A stretch of DNA of 64,000 nt from an uncultured virus (IMG/VR IMGVR_UViG_3300033148_004664) (taxonomy: Duplodnaviria > Heunggongvirae > Uroviricota > Caudoviricetes), in the IMG/VR virus record IMGVR_UViG_3300033148_004664. One strand, given 5' to 3'. The translations under genes and the position numbers were made by a program. Below the pieces are notes generated by a model. It was not told the origin of the DNA, did not search any database, and worked only from the letters and a program-made list of their open reading frames with translations. Of this stretch, positions 21,581 to 32,109 are shown in pieces (positions within the stretch are counted from its first letter, which is position 1; each line of letters starts with the position of its first letter).

Positions 21581-21808
21581 ATGTCAGATAAGAATCTTAC
21601 TGAGATAAAAATGGTTCGAACGAGAGATGATAAGGGGGTTGAATGGGCGGAAGTAACAAGCAAGGATGGAGTTTTCCACACCCGATTAGAGGTTACAGCA
21701 TATATTAATCTTTTATTACACGGTAAAGATGTTGTATATTATAATGCAGAGATAATGGAAGATGGGACTTTTAAAATTCATCCGCCCATTTTAGATAGGG
21801 ATTGGTAA
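21581..21808 (+). CDS. hypothetical protein
   Basis: RBS AAGGAGG. Confidence 0.65.
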   Translation: MSDKNLTEIKMVRTRDDKGVEWAEVTSKDGVFHTRLEVTAYINLLLHGKDVVYYNAEIMEDGTFKIHPPILDRDW

Positions 21809-21842
21809 AAAAATATTCACCCGTTTTTTAGTGGAGGTACAA

Positions 21843-22169
21843 ATGAATACGAAAGCACGGCTCGATTCGATTAAGAAAAAGCGTGTAAATATTCATGGTT
21901 GGTTGCATAAAGATTCTAAAAATAATACAATTTATGTATCTCGGTACAAGAATGCTTCAGATCATGTGCAAATACAGCCTGTATCATTATCGTTGGTTGT
22001 GTCTATAAATAATAATAAATTGAAGGGGGTTTTACGAAACGGTGAGATGGTGGATATAGTAGTAAAATCTCAAAAAGATAAAGATTGGATTCGTCCGGTT
22101 TTAGTGTATACTGATTGTAAGCAGGATGAAATCGATGTATGTTGGTTTATTCATGATGTTTGTTTTTGA
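21843..22169 (+). CDS. hypothetical protein
   Basis: GGAGGT before ATG 21843. Confidence 0.6.
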   Translation: MNTKARLDSIKKKRVNIHGWLHKDSKNNTIYVSRYKNASDHVQIQPVSLSLVVSINNNKLKGVLRNGEMVDIVVKSQKDKDWIRPVLVYTDCKQDEIDVCWFIHDVCF

Positions 22170-22185
22170 TATGGGGTATTAAACT

Positions 22186-22404
22186 ATGGAAATTGATAGG
22201 TTCAAATATGAATCATCTTTAATGTTCCGTCGCATAGGAGGAGAATTGACTAATGTAGAAGCATTACTGCGAAACATATTTTTTAACATTGAATCTTCGG
22301 ATGATTATTCTGAGTTCGGTGCTGAAATAGACCAAGCTATTGTAGCTGTGAGGAACTGTAAACGTTCTTTGTTGATGTTAGAAGAACTTACATTAAACCT
22401 TTAA
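22186..22404 (+). CDS. hypothetical protein
   Basis: 72-aa ORF in operon. Confidence 0.55.
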   Translation: MEIDRFKYESSLMFRRIGGELTNVEALLRNIFFNIESSDDYSEFGAEIDQAIVAVRNCKRSLLMLEELTLNL

Positions 22405-22419
22405 TACTGGAGGATTAAA

Positions 22420-23364
22420 ATGCACAAGGAAAACGTTGTTTTAAATCAGACGCAATCTACGAAAAATGATACTGAAGATTGTGGAAAAGAAATTATTTTT
22501 TATTTGCCGAGAGATTATATCAAGGGTGCAAATATTGAAAGCGACGGAGCTATTGAAGGTCTTATACGTACATTATCATATTATAAGCAATGGTTGAGTA
22601 ATTACATAAATGCTCATGGAAGTAAGGTTACGTCTTCTCGGGTAGAAGCAGACTATAAGCAATGGTTAAGTGCTTATATAACTGCCCTTGGGTATAAAAT
22701 TGCGTTTTGTTGGATAGATACGAACGATATTATTACGTGTTCTGATTCTGAATTGTATAAGTCCATGCAATCTGATTATTACACATATATAAAAGAGGGG
22801 GGTTCTGTTACGCCTGATTTAGTGATAACAGAGATGGTTTTATCGAACATTCGATGTGAAAACTTGTATAAATCTAATAAGGAATTAAATGATATTATTT
22901 GGTTGATGGCGAAAAGCATATCCGAGGATTATAGCAATTTAGACTTGTTGATGCTTTGTTTTTTACCGAGTGGTTATAAGTTTTTCTCGGATTTGATGAG
23001 TGAAATTAAAATTCCTTGTGATATTTCTTTTATTACTATTGATCACAAGTATGATACTGATACAGACAGTTTGCTTGCACAGATTATATCACGAGATCAT
23101 ACCAATGATTTGTTTAAAGACAAGGATGTTTTGTTTGTTGATGTACTGTCTAATTCAGGACGATTGTACAATATGCTGCGAATGTTCTATTTGGAACAGG
23201 GAGCACGAAGTGTGAAAACAGCAGTATTGTTTGAATATGAAGATGTAGAATTACATTGTGAATATGTGGGAGAAAAGATAAAAAGTTCCGTCAATCTTGT
23301 TGGATACGGAATAGGTTCTAATCGTTATTTGAATAATAGAGATTATATATTAAAAATTTCATAG
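22420..23364 (+). CDS. degenerate hypoxanthine phosphoribosyltransferase-fold protein with N-terminal extension
   Basis: KDVLFVDVLSNSG..GARSVKTAVL..YVGEKI..LVGYGIG follows the HPRT C-terminal pattern; PRPP loop altered. Confidence 0.65.
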   Translation: MHKENVVLNQTQSTKNDTEDCGKEIIFYLPRDYIKGANIESDGAIEGLIRTLSYYKQWLSNYINAHGSKVTSSRVEADYKQWLSAYITALGYKIAFCWIDTNDIITCSDSELYKSMQSDYYTYIKEGGSVTPDLVITEMVLSNIRCENLYKSNKELNDIIWLMAKSISEDYSNLDLLMLCFLPSGYKFFSDLMSEIKIPCDISFITIDHKYDTDTDSLLAQIISRDHTNDLFKDKDVLFVDVLSNSGRLYNMLRMFYLEQGARSVKTAVLFEYEDVELHCEYVGEKIKSSVNLVGYGIGSNRYLNNRDYILKIS

Positions 23365-23374
23365 GAGTTTTGTC

Positions 23375-23710
23375 GTGAGTACTAATATTAATCTTTTAAA
23401 AGAATACGACGCGTTAATGTCGTTATTTCCTGAAGAAACTTACCCCTCTTTGAATAGATCTGCCAATCAATTGTATGATTTATTTAAGGAACGGTTGGAG
23501 CAAGTGGGTATGCATTCGGTTGATTCTTGTAAGAAAAATGGATGCGACCGTTGTTCCGAGTGGATAGTAGATTCTTACAAGGATTTGCCGGAAAATAGAC
23601 AGCAATTGTTTCATCTTATTACGATGTTGGTGGCTATTATAATGGAGCGAGTAGCTACTTATTACAGGGATTTATTCTATACGACGTTACCTCCTCAAGG
23701 GAATTGTTGA
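23375..23710 (+). CDS. hypothetical protein
   Basis: GTG start with AGGAG; H..C..C..C cluster. Confidence 0.55.
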   Translation: MSTNINLLKEYDALMSLFPEETYPSLNRSANQLYDLFKERLEQVGMHSVDSCKKNGCDRCSEWIVDSYKDLPENRQQLFHLITMLVAIIMERVATYYRDLFYTTLPPQGNC

Positions 23711-23713
23711 ACT

Positions 23714-24751
23714 ATGGATAAATTATATGATTATAAATACTATGTTGATTTTAATGAGACGGAACCATATAAAATAGTTACGACTTGTGTGCACCCAGGT
23801 TTTCAGAGCGGGCTGAATATGTTGCCATATAAGTGGTATTATATGGATGCACCTATTCCGCCGTATAAAACTTCATATTGGCTTGAAGATTATGGGAGAG
23901 GTATATTCCCTAATGTGTGCACTCGGTTTAATTTAGAGGATTTGGATAAATTGAATCCAGATTGTATTTTATTAAACACTGCGGATCAGTTGGTATGGTG
24001 GGCTGATAATATTGGGTATAAATATCCCGTTATTTATCTTTATCATTGCTATGGAAATCCTTTAGGGGATGCAATAGTAAAACGAGGTAATAATAGAGAG
24101 AAGATTTTGAAATTGGTTGATGGTAATATTATTTATCATAATTATGATATATTTCTTAAAAATCCGGCATCTCCACGAGCTAAATTTTTTGTTGAGCATA
24201 TTGTTGACACAAATGCTGTGGAGGCTGTAAAATTTCGTGCTCCTCCTATATTTTTATGCATAGACACGCCTCTTAAGTCTGTTGAAGCGAATATACTGTC
24301 AGAGTTAGGTAAAATAGTTGAATTGCATTATGTGGGGGAATACGAACAAGCACTACCTAATGTCATTAAACATGAAGTCGTCAGCAATTGGTCGGATTTA
24401 CTGAAGATATTCCACGCATGTTCTGTTTTTATTACTGTTCGTGCTCTCAATGCATTTTCTACAGCAGCAATAGAAGCAATGTCAATGGGTATGCCTGTTA
24501 TTGTTCCCAATACATTTGGTTGGAGATATTTTGGTGAGCCCGACAAGTATGTGCTTAAATATAATGGGTATAATGATATTATTCCGAGAGTTAAATATTT
24601 TCTTGATAATCTTGGTCGTTTGTGGTGGGAGTTGAGAAATAACGCTTATTCCCTTTTACAATCGCGATACAATGTGCAAAATCAATTGGATAGATGGAAT
24701 ACATTTCTAAGTAGTATATTACGAAAGAAGGCAGTTAGATTTAGTGTGTAG
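23714..24751 (+). CDS. glycosyltransferase, GT-B fold (GT4-like)
   Basis: FSTAAIEAMSMGMPVI motif. Confidence 0.8.
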   Translation: MDKLYDYKYYVDFNETEPYKIVTTCVHPGFQSGLNMLPYKWYYMDAPIPPYKTSYWLEDYGRGIFPNVCTRFNLEDLDKLNPDCILLNTADQLVWWADNIGYKYPVIYLYHCYGNPLGDAIVKRGNNREKILKLVDGNIIYHNYDIFLKNPASPRAKFFVEHIVDTNAVEAVKFRAPPIFLCIDTPLKSVEANILSELGKIVELHYVGEYEQALPNVIKHEVVSNWSDLLKIFHACSVFITVRALNAFSTAAIEAMSMGMPVIVPNTFGWRYFGEPDKYVLKYNGYNDIIPRVKYFLDNLGRLWWELRNNAYSLLQSRYNVQNQLDRWNTFLSSILRKKAVRFSV

Positions 24752-24759
24752 GTGATTAT

Positions 24760-25713
24760 ATGACAGGTGTTATGATTTTCTATCCTGAGTACAAAGATAA
24801 TTATTTGTATGAAGGAGTTTATATGAAGTTATGGAGGGCTTTAGCAGAACATTTTAATTGGAGAATAGTACATGATGCTGATGTAGATCCTGATAAATAT
24901 AAAGAAGATATATTTTTTCTTTTTAAGATCCCACAACATGAATCTAAATTAAGACACAGGAAATTAATTAAATTATCTAATGATAGGTTTTTATTTTGTT
25001 TCACATCAGAACTACATCATGAGAATAAATCGACATTAAATGATTATTTTAAAGCAATGTACGAACGAGCGGATTTAATTTTTAGCCCTTGTAAAGAAGC
25101 GTTCGAGAAAATGAATCCCGAACTCGTCCATAAATTCAGATGGTTACCTCATTATATAGATGAGGAAATATATAAATCATTACCGTTTAATAAGAATCCT
25201 AAACGTAAATGTTTATTGTCTGGTGCAATTTGTGCGGCTTATCCGATACGAGTTTTGTTGCGGAATAGCTCAAGTCCTTTAATTGATTGGTTACCACATC
25301 CTGGTTATTCTTATAAGGGTACAGAGGATAAAAATGATGGTTTCAAAGTAGCTAAAAATTATGCACAAAAATTGAATGAGTATTTGTGTGTTATTTCTAC
25401 ATCGTCTATTTATCATTATGCTTTACGTAAATATTTAGAAGTGCCAGCATCAGGAGCATTATTGCTTGGAGACACAACAGAAGATTTAATATTGATGGGG
25501 TTTGAGGCATACAAACATTATATACCAATAAATAAAAGTAATGTACTTGGTATTATACATAAGGTGGTAGCAAACCCAGATGAGTATGAACAAATAAGAC
25601 GACAAGGACGTGAGTTGGTTTTTCAACGACATACAGTAACTCATAGGTTCAAAGAGATGAAAACTATATTAGAGGAGTATATAAATGGACGATCCGAGAC
25701 CTTACGTGTATAA
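24760..25713 (+). CDS. glycosyltransferase, CgeB/Glyco_trans_1_2-like
   Basis: KYLEVPASGALLL..IRRQGRELVFQRHT. Confidence 0.8.
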   Translation: MTGVMIFYPEYKDNYLYEGVYMKLWRALAEHFNWRIVHDADVDPDKYKEDIFFLFKIPQHESKLRHRKLIKLSNDRFLFCFTSELHHENKSTLNDYFKAMYERADLIFSPCKEAFEKMNPELVHKFRWLPHYIDEEIYKSLPFNKNPKRKCLLSGAICAAYPIRVLLRNSSSPLIDWLPHPGYSYKGTEDKNDGFKVAKNYAQKLNEYLCVISTSSIYHYALRKYLEVPASGALLLGDTTEDLILMGFEAYKHYIPINKSNVLGIIHKVVANPDEYEQIRRQGRELVFQRHTVTHRFKEMKTILEEYINGRSETLRV

Positions 25714-26821
25714 ATATTGGGAACAGTTGATGGATTATTTGGAGCATGATGCTTCTGTTTTCTTTAGTAAAGATGTTTTATACCCCCGTCAATTCGAGAT
25801 TCATTTGCCATCTAATCATAAAGTTGCATGTAATTTGAATTGCGGTCATTGTGCGGGTAAGTATTTCATTAAAGATCTCGGTAATTGGGAATTGACTCTA
25901 TTAGAATTGCTCAATAATATAAAAGGTAAAATACCTTTTCATATCTATGGAGGGGCTTACACCGAACCTTTGTTGAATCCGTATTATATGACATTTCTTG
26001 CTACAACAAAGAAGTACGGTAATCATTTTGGTATTCATACGAATGGCGCAGTACTATACGATTTAGAAGAAGGATTGGGATGGTTGACGGAGTTGAATCG
26101 TATTTCTACCGATGAGATAGATTATTTATCGGTTGCTATAGATGGGGGGTTCTCTTGGTCATGGGGAAAAGTTAAAGGTATGAAAAATATTCAAGTATTT
26201 AACAAAATTTTACTTGCTTTGAAACAAGCAGTAGACATACGAGATAAGAACAATGGAAAAGGACATGCTATTCGTTTATGCTATCTCATAACACCTGATA
26301 ATGAAAGTGAAGAGAACATTGCGTCAATAGTTGCTTTCGCTAAATCCGTCGGGTTGGACAGCTTGCGTTTTTCTATTCCTTTTTATAACTATAATAAAAC
26401 GTTTTATGAAGTAAGAGAATATAAACGGGTGATAGAACAGCCGAAAGATGAAATATACAGAAAGATGCTACAACCTTATTTATCTAAATCAAAAGACGAA
26501 AAGCCGTATATTTTCTATACAGGTCCCGAATTCACTGATATTGATAAGTTTGATTTTGATAAATGCGTTTATTATGCATATCAAATAACATGCGGTGCTG
26601 ACGGATATTTTTACAAATGTTCTACGGTGGCTACTCCTACTGCGAAACATTGTCGTTTAGGTAGTTGTACATCAGATGTAAATGAGTTTGAACAAATTTT
26701 ATTGAAAAATGCAGACCCGAATTGGGATTGCCAGCGTATGTGTTTCAACAAGAACTTGAGATGTAATAGAATGGGGTTGGAAATAAACAGATCATATAAA
26801 GAACTCATACAAGGGGGGTGA
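25685..26821 (+). CDS. radical SAM enzyme with C-terminal Cys-rich domain
   Basis: CNLNCGHC, GG..EPLL, TNG, ADGYFYKC. Confidence 0.88.
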   Translation: MDDPRPYVYKYWEQLMDYLEHDASVFFSKDVLYPRQFEIHLPSNHKVACNLNCGHCAGKYFIKDLGNWELTLLELLNNIKGKIPFHIYGGAYTEPLLNPYYMTFLATTKKYGNHFGIHTNGAVLYDLEEGLGWLTELNRISTDEIDYLSVAIDGGFSWSWGKVKGMKNIQVFNKILLALKQAVDIRDKNNGKGHAIRLCYLITPDNESEENIASIVAFAKSVGLDSLRFSIPFYNYNKTFYEVREYKRVIEQPKDEIYRKMLQPYLSKSKDEKPYIFYTGPEFTDIDKFDFDKCVYYAYQITCGADGYFYKCSTVATPTAKHCRLGSCTSDVNEFEQILLKNADPNWDCQRMCFNKNLRCNRMGLEINRSYKELIQGG

Positions 26822-27708
26822 TTTGGGTGCAAAACAATGTAGCTTTAATAGGACGCGGTTATTGGGGAAGAATATTGCATAAGTACATACCAGAATTTTT
26901 TGATTTGCGTTATGTAGTAGGGTCTGATTTTGATCTAAATCAAATATGGGATGATGCAAGTATTACTACTGTCTTTATTGCTACTCCTCCTACAACTCAT
27001 TATTCTTTAGTGAAGCAATCGTTATTGAGTGATAAAAATGTATTTGTCGCCAAACCTTTATCTTTGAGGATAGGACAAGCACGAGAGTTGAAACGGTTGG
27101 CAAAAGAACGAAATAAAACCCTCTTTGTTGATTATACTCAGCGGTTTTCGCCTACAATACTAAAAGCTAAACAATATACAGATATTTTAGGAGAAATTAA
27201 TTATATTGATATGATGACTACGCAATTGTCTAAATTGAAGGAAGTTGATGTTTATTGGACATTAGCATCTCATCATTTGTCTATTTTGGATTATTTTGTA
27301 CCAATAAAGAATATAAGAACTCTTACTTTTTATGATTATGTTCGAGACGGTTCTATGTGTGTAACTGGTTCGTTGTTATTTGACCAAGGTCGTATTTTTG
27401 TTAGTACGCGCTATCATAAAAAGCAGTTTAAATTTACAGTTTATGGCAATTCTTATGCGTTGACTTGTGATTTATTCAAGGAGCCTACTTTTGAATTCGT
27501 TGAGTATAGAACTGGGTTAAAATATGCTGATGGAGTTAGTTTAGTAAAAACAATAAATAAGGCTAATTTTGATGAGCGGAATAATGTGCGTAGGAGTATT
27601 TCTGCTTTTGTTGATAATATGAAAAACGATGATCTATCCAATTTGAATATGGCAATAGAAGTAACGCGGTTATTATGTAGAAGAACATATAAAGGAATGA
27701 AATCATGA
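26818..27708 (+). CDS. Gfo/Idh/MocA-family oxidoreductase
   Basis: LIGRGYWG, IATPPTTH, VFVAKPL (EKP variant). Confidence 0.85.
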   Translation: MIWVQNNVALIGRGYWGRILHKYIPEFFDLRYVVGSDFDLNQIWDDASITTVFIATPPTTHYSLVKQSLLSDKNVFVAKPLSLRIGQARELKRLAKERNKTLFVDYTQRFSPTILKAKQYTDILGEINYIDMMTTQLSKLKEVDVYWTLASHHLSILDYFVPIKNIRTLTFYDYVRDGSMCVTGSLLFDQGRIFVSTRYHKKQFKFTVYGNSYALTCDLFKEPTFEFVEYRTGLKYADGVSLVKTINKANFDERNNVRRSISAFVDNMKNDDLSNLNMAIEVTRLLCRRTYKGMKS

Positions 27709-28496
27709 GTTATACAGGACATTCTGATTATGCACCTCCATTAATAGCCGAGAATTGGGCTTTGAATCATAAGGAATACGACGATAAAGTTACAACGTGT
27801 TCTTCATTTCCTGTGTATGTTTATTTATCTATTAGTTCTAAATGTAATATGAACCCGCGTTGTAGAATGTGTTTAACGGGAACTGATGGCGAATTTATTG
27901 ATCCGATTGTATTAGAAAGATTGAAAGAAAGTTTGTTCAAGAAATCATTGCACATCATTCTTAGTGTTGATGGAGAACCGACGATTCATCCAGAGTTTGA
28001 GGATATTTTAGATTCAATTGATGGATATGTATCATTACAGACTAATGGAATGAAACCGTTGTCTTTTTATGAAAGAATTGTTCCAAAATTGCGATATATC
28101 AGATTTTCTGTAGATGCTGCAACTGCAGAAACTTTCAAATTGATACGTAATGATCGATTTGATCATTTGTTGGATGTAATTAAGTTGGCAGTGAAAATAC
28201 GTGATGAAAACGATTTATATTTGACAATAGCTTTAGATTATGTTGTGATGCAAACAAACAAACACGAAATGCTTGATTTTTGTAAACTTGCGGTTGATTT
28301 GAACGTAAATGATGTGATGTTTACGCCGATTCATAAATTAGATTGTTATCCTCAACCAATAACAATAAATGGTTATACTTTTGATTATAAAAAGGAACTT
28401 ATATCTGAAAAAGAATATAGAAAATTTGTTGATAAATGTAATAATTTTATGTCTGATTATCCTGAGGTTAAGGTGTTTTACAATGTTTCTTTATAA
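27705..28496 (+). CDS. radical SAM enzyme lacking a SPASM domain
   Basis: CNMNPRCRMC (CX5CX2C), GEPTIHP, TNG, SVDAATAETF..IR. Confidence 0.85.
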   Translation: MSYTGHSDYAPPLIAENWALNHKEYDDKVTTCSSFPVYVYLSISSKCNMNPRCRMCLTGTDGEFIDPIVLERLKESLFKKSLHIILSVDGEPTIHPEFEDILDSIDGYVSLQTNGMKPLSFYERIVPKLRYIRFSVDAATAETFKLIRNDRFDHLLDVIKLAVKIRDENDLYLTIALDYVVMQTNKHEMLDFCKLAVDLNVNDVMFTPIHKLDCYPQPITINGYTFDYKKELISEKEYRKFVDKCNNFMSDYPEVKVFYNVSL

Positions 28497-28773
28497 ATAT
28501 TTTACTCCGTGTCATAAATTATGGCAAGAAATAATGATCAGAGCTAATGGTGATGTATATTTTTGTTGTTTGAATAAATATCCAATAGGGAATTTGCGCG
28601 AACAAACCTTTGAAGAAATATGGAACGGCCCTATTGCTACAGAAGCACGCTGTCTTATGGCGGAAGGTAAATGTCCAGATATTTGTAATGTACCAGCTTG
28701 TACTTACTACGCAGAAATAAATTCCATGAAGGAGAATTCTGATGTTAATAGGAGCGATGATAATACTGAATGA
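28483..28773 (+). CDS. stand-alone SPASM/twitch Fe-S domain protein
   Basis: C..LW..IRANGDVYFCC..IGNLREQTFEEIWNG..C..C; AAGGTG before ATG 28483. Confidence 0.8.
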   Translation: MFLYKYFTPCHKLWQEIMIRANGDVYFCCLNKYPIGNLREQTFEEIWNGPIATEARCLMAEGKCPDICNVPACTYYAEINSMKENSDVNRSDDNTE

Positions 28774-29458
28774 GGAATCTTATATTGTTAGGTGCTTAGA
28801 TTCCTTTTATGATTCAGTGGATTCTATTATTATATTGGATGGTGGGTCTACTGATAAAACTCTTGATTTAATACGGTCGTATGATTTAGTTCAACAGTAT
28901 AAATTTCCTTTTGACGAATTGCAGTATGGAAAGAGGCGGGACCTAAAAATACATATTCATGAAAATAAGTGGGATAGAAATAATCCTGCAATGTTTAGAG
29001 ACCAGAGGAACTTGTTACTGGATTTGATACGACGAGAATACAAATCTATTGATAATGAACTTTGGGTATTAATGTTGGATGCCGATGAGTACTTATCTGA
29101 CGGTTTGGTTTCTTTTATTAAGAATAAACGTTATATTGACCTGCATAATAATTTTGAGGCGGAGATTATTGCTTTCAAGAGAAGATGGTGGGTTTACAAG
29201 GAAAGTGTAAATGAACCAGAAGTGTCTTTTGATGAAGTATCTGGCGGGACATATCCGAAAGGGACAATTGATTATCAACCGCGTCTTTTTCTGTTACAAG
29301 ATAAACATTCATTTATTGATCCTATTCATGAGATAATCAAACCGTTAGATAAAGTTTTCAAGGTAGAAGATGAAGATATTTATTTGATACATTCTAAAAC
29401 ATTTGATAAATATTCTAAACAGGGAAAATATTATTGTGATATTCAACGTAGATTATAA
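28742..29458 (+). CDS. glycosyltransferase family 2
   Basis: NEE..I.RCLDS, DGGSTDKT, LDADE, IHE. Confidence 0.88.
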   Translation: MLIGAMIILNEESYIVRCLDSFYDSVDSIIILDGGSTDKTLDLIRSYDLVQQYKFPFDELQYGKRRDLKIHIHENKWDRNNPAMFRDQRNLLLDLIRREYKSIDNELWVLMLDADEYLSDGLVSFIKNKRYIDLHNNFEAEIIAFKRRWWVYKESVNEPEVSFDEVSGGTYPKGTIDYQPRLFLLQDKHSFIDPIHEIIKPLDKVFKVEDEDIYLIHSKTFDKYSKQGKYYCDIQRRL

Positions 29459-29470
29459 TAGAGGTTTATT

Positions 29471-30103
29471 ATGGTTTTGGTGCCTTTTTCAGATGGATCT
29501 TGCATGTATTGTCACGAAACATATAATATTAATGGAATTGATATTTTCGGTATTTTGACTAAAGGAGACATAAATAGTTTATTATCTATAGGAAAGCAAT
29601 TAAAACCAAGAAGCAAAGTTTTGGAGATAGGTACTTTTTTGGGAATGTCTGCGTTTTTGCTTTTGCATGGGTCTGATTACTCTGTGGATATTTATTGTGT
29701 TGATAGTTGGGATACAAAAGGAATGGAAACGGTATTTGATGATTCTATTTACAAAGAACAAGAATTGGATCCTATTGAAATGGGTGAAAAAATATATGAT
29801 AAATTCTTGGAACTGAAAAAATTAATTGATGTTAAAAATCAATTACATATTATGAAAATGCAGACAAAGTATGCTTTTTCTGTTTTGAAAAATTCTGTTT
29901 TCGATCTTATTTTTATTGATGGAGCACATGAATATGAGGATGTTGTTTTTGATATAAAAAATAGTTTATCTTTGTTGAAGACAGGCGGCATTTTAATTGG
30001 ACATGATTTTCAAGCTGATACTGTAAAAAACGCTGTCAATGATTGTATTGACAGTAGGATTAAGACTTTGCCGGATCTTTTATGGATATATGAAAAGAAT
30101 TAA
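29471..30103 (+). CDS. class I SAM-dependent methyltransferase (Methyltransf_24-like)
   Basis: VLEIGTFLGMS, FDLIFIDGAHEY, GGILIGHD. Confidence 0.88.
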   Translation: MVLVPFSDGSCMYCHETYNINGIDIFGILTKGDINSLLSIGKQLKPRSKVLEIGTFLGMSAFLLLHGSDYSVDIYCVDSWDTKGMETVFDDSIYKEQELDPIEMGEKIYDKFLELKKLIDVKNQLHIMKMQTKYAFSVLKNSVFDLIFIDGAHEYEDVVFDIKNSLSLLKTGGILIGHDFQADTVKNAVNDCIDSRIKTLPDLLWIYEKN

Positions 30104-30119
30104 TATGTAGGATTTTACA

Positions 30120-31013
30120 ATGATAGAACTTGTAATGTTTTCTTCTAATGAATTGCGTTTTATTAGAACGGCTTTAGCTTGTATGAAAAGTGTTGATGCT
30201 GGTGTTGATATTGATTTAATTACTGTAGTAAATGTGAATGGTTATAAGCAAGAAGAGCATGAATATTTACAAAGCAGAACTGATATAGATAGAGTGCTTG
30301 ATTATAGACAACCAAATGTTTTTGAGTGGATAGATAAAGCTATAGATAAATTTATATACGAAGATGCTGAAGGAGATTATTTATTTATTCTTCATCCAGA
30401 TTGTTTTCCAGTGAAGTCTGGTTGGGCGGCGAAGCAAATAGAAACTGCAAGTAACTATGGAATTGGTGGATTTCTTTTTTATGATTTTGATTTTTCTTCT
30501 TCATTATCGTATGTTGAGGAGATAGATATTTTAAGTGCTGCAATTGCTCTCGATGTTTCTTATATAAAAAGGAACAACTTAAGTTTTCATGTGTATCCGC
30601 TTAATAGATTATACCCCGTAGTTACATATAAAGATTATATTTTAGGGATATGCTACCCCGATAAGAATTATAGATTAATAGGAAGTGGATTATGGGTGGC
30701 CATCCATTCAATTTTACAAGGAGGAAAGCCTATTATTATTGAAGATAATGATATTGATTTGTTTAAGCATTGGTTTCTTCATTGTAGGCACGGCAGTTTG
30801 TTGTTGAATTCTGGTATTCATCCTTTATATCCGAAGCATTTACCTTTTTATAGCAAAGATAGATTTAAACTCTATATCAAGCCTTTATATGACGTTCTTT
30901 TTTCGGAGGAATGGAGAAATTTAAATATTTATGAAAAAGTTAAATCGGATAGTTGTCCAGACGTTTTAAAATATGATAGGTTTGTCTCAGACTTTGAACT
31001 TGAGTCTTTTTGA
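30120..31013 (+). CDS. HPDCFP-family protein 1 (possible divergent GT-A fold)
   Basis: IELVMFSSNELRF..VNVNG..EEHEY..RVLDYR..LHPDCFP, shared with three paralogs. Confidence 0.6.
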   Translation: MIELVMFSSNELRFIRTALACMKSVDAGVDIDLITVVNVNGYKQEEHEYLQSRTDIDRVLDYRQPNVFEWIDKAIDKFIYEDAEGDYLFILHPDCFPVKSGWAAKQIETASNYGIGGFLFYDFDFSSSLSYVEEIDILSAAIALDVSYIKRNNLSFHVYPLNRLYPVVTYKDYILGICYPDKNYRLIGSGLWVAIHSILQGGKPIIIEDNDIDLFKHWFLHCRHGSLLLNSGIHPLYPKHLPFYSKDRFKLYIKPLYDVLFSEEWRNLNIYEKVKSDSCPDVLKYDRFVSDFELESF

Positions 31014-31035
31014 TATTAATTTATGGAGGATAATT

Positions 31036-32088
31036 ATGATTGTTGATTCTTATTTTGAATTTAAAATGTTGAAACACCAAGATATAGTTGAAGCTATTAG
31101 GAAGAATAAGACGTTACCGTTAAAACATGTTACTGTTTTTGTTACAAATATTTGCAATCAAAATTGTTCTTTTTGTTTTTTTGGACGAGGGAATGACGGA
31201 GTGAATGCAGTGGAAGGGTTTATGTCTTTAGACGGGGAATTTCTTTCTGGTTTAGTGGAATCTTTTGTTTCTTTAGGTGTAAAAGCGGTAACAATTTCAG
31301 GAGGGGAGCCAACGTTAAACATATATTTGAAATCTTTTGTAGAAGATCTCATTAATAATAATATTCATGTAGGTTTAGTTACTAATGGCACAAATATACA
31401 GATTTTAGGTGACGATATACATGATATTACTTGGTTAAGATTTAGTATAAATGGTTCAGATGCAGAGGCATATAGTAAAGCTCATGGGGTGCCAAAAGAG
31501 ATCTATGATAAAATATTTCTTAATTTAGAGCGTGCGATAAATTATAAGTTGTCTCCAAACATAGGAGTTAATTTTATTCTTTTGCAGAATAATTATTCAA
31601 ATCTTGATTCTTTTGTGTCTAATATAAAAAATCTTGGAGTGCGCAATATTAGGTTCACTATTCCTGCATTTCTTTTGAAGGAAACAACGGATATTCATAT
31701 TTATGATATTATATCTCGTATTGATGATTTACGTAGTAAATATGAGAGTGATACTTTCAGGATATATGACAATTTATATTCAAAGTGTCGCAGTTTGTCT
31801 CATGAAGTGCAGGATTATGATATTTGTTTTACGGCAAAGATGTCAGCTGTTATTACTTATGATAGAAGAGTTTTTACGTGTTGTAGAACCATAGGATTAG
31901 ATGTTGGTTTAATAGGGGAAATTAAAAATCAATCTTTTGAATCTTTTTGGCTGTCTGATGAAACACAAGAATATATAAAACAATTTTCTCCACGTGATTG
32001 TTGTAAATTTAGATGTATGTTGTATGACCAAAATAAAATATATAATTATATTTTTTCTGAAATATTTGGTGATGATTATTTCATATAA
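31036..32088 (+). CDS. radical SAM/SPASM enzyme
   Basis: CNQNCSFC, SGGEPT, VTNG, VFTCC..IGEI; GGAGG before ATG 31036. Confidence 0.88.
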   Translation: MIVDSYFEFKMLKHQDIVEAIRKNKTLPLKHVTVFVTNICNQNCSFCFFGRGNDGVNAVEGFMSLDGEFLSGLVESFVSLGVKAVTISGGEPTLNIYLKSFVEDLINNNIHVGLVTNGTNIQILGDDIHDITWLRFSINGSDAEAYSKAHGVPKEIYDKIFLNLERAINYKLSPNIGVNFILLQNNYSNLDSFVSNIKNLGVRNIRFTIPAFLLKETTDIHIYDIISRIDDLRSKYESDTFRIYDNLYSKCRSLSHEVQDYDICFTAKMSAVITYDRRVFTCCRTIGLDVGLIGEIKNQSFESFWLSDETQEYIKQFSPRDCCKFRCMLYDQNKIYNYIFSEIFGDDYFI

Positions 32089-32109
32089 TTGAGAATAGGG
32101 GTGTATATT

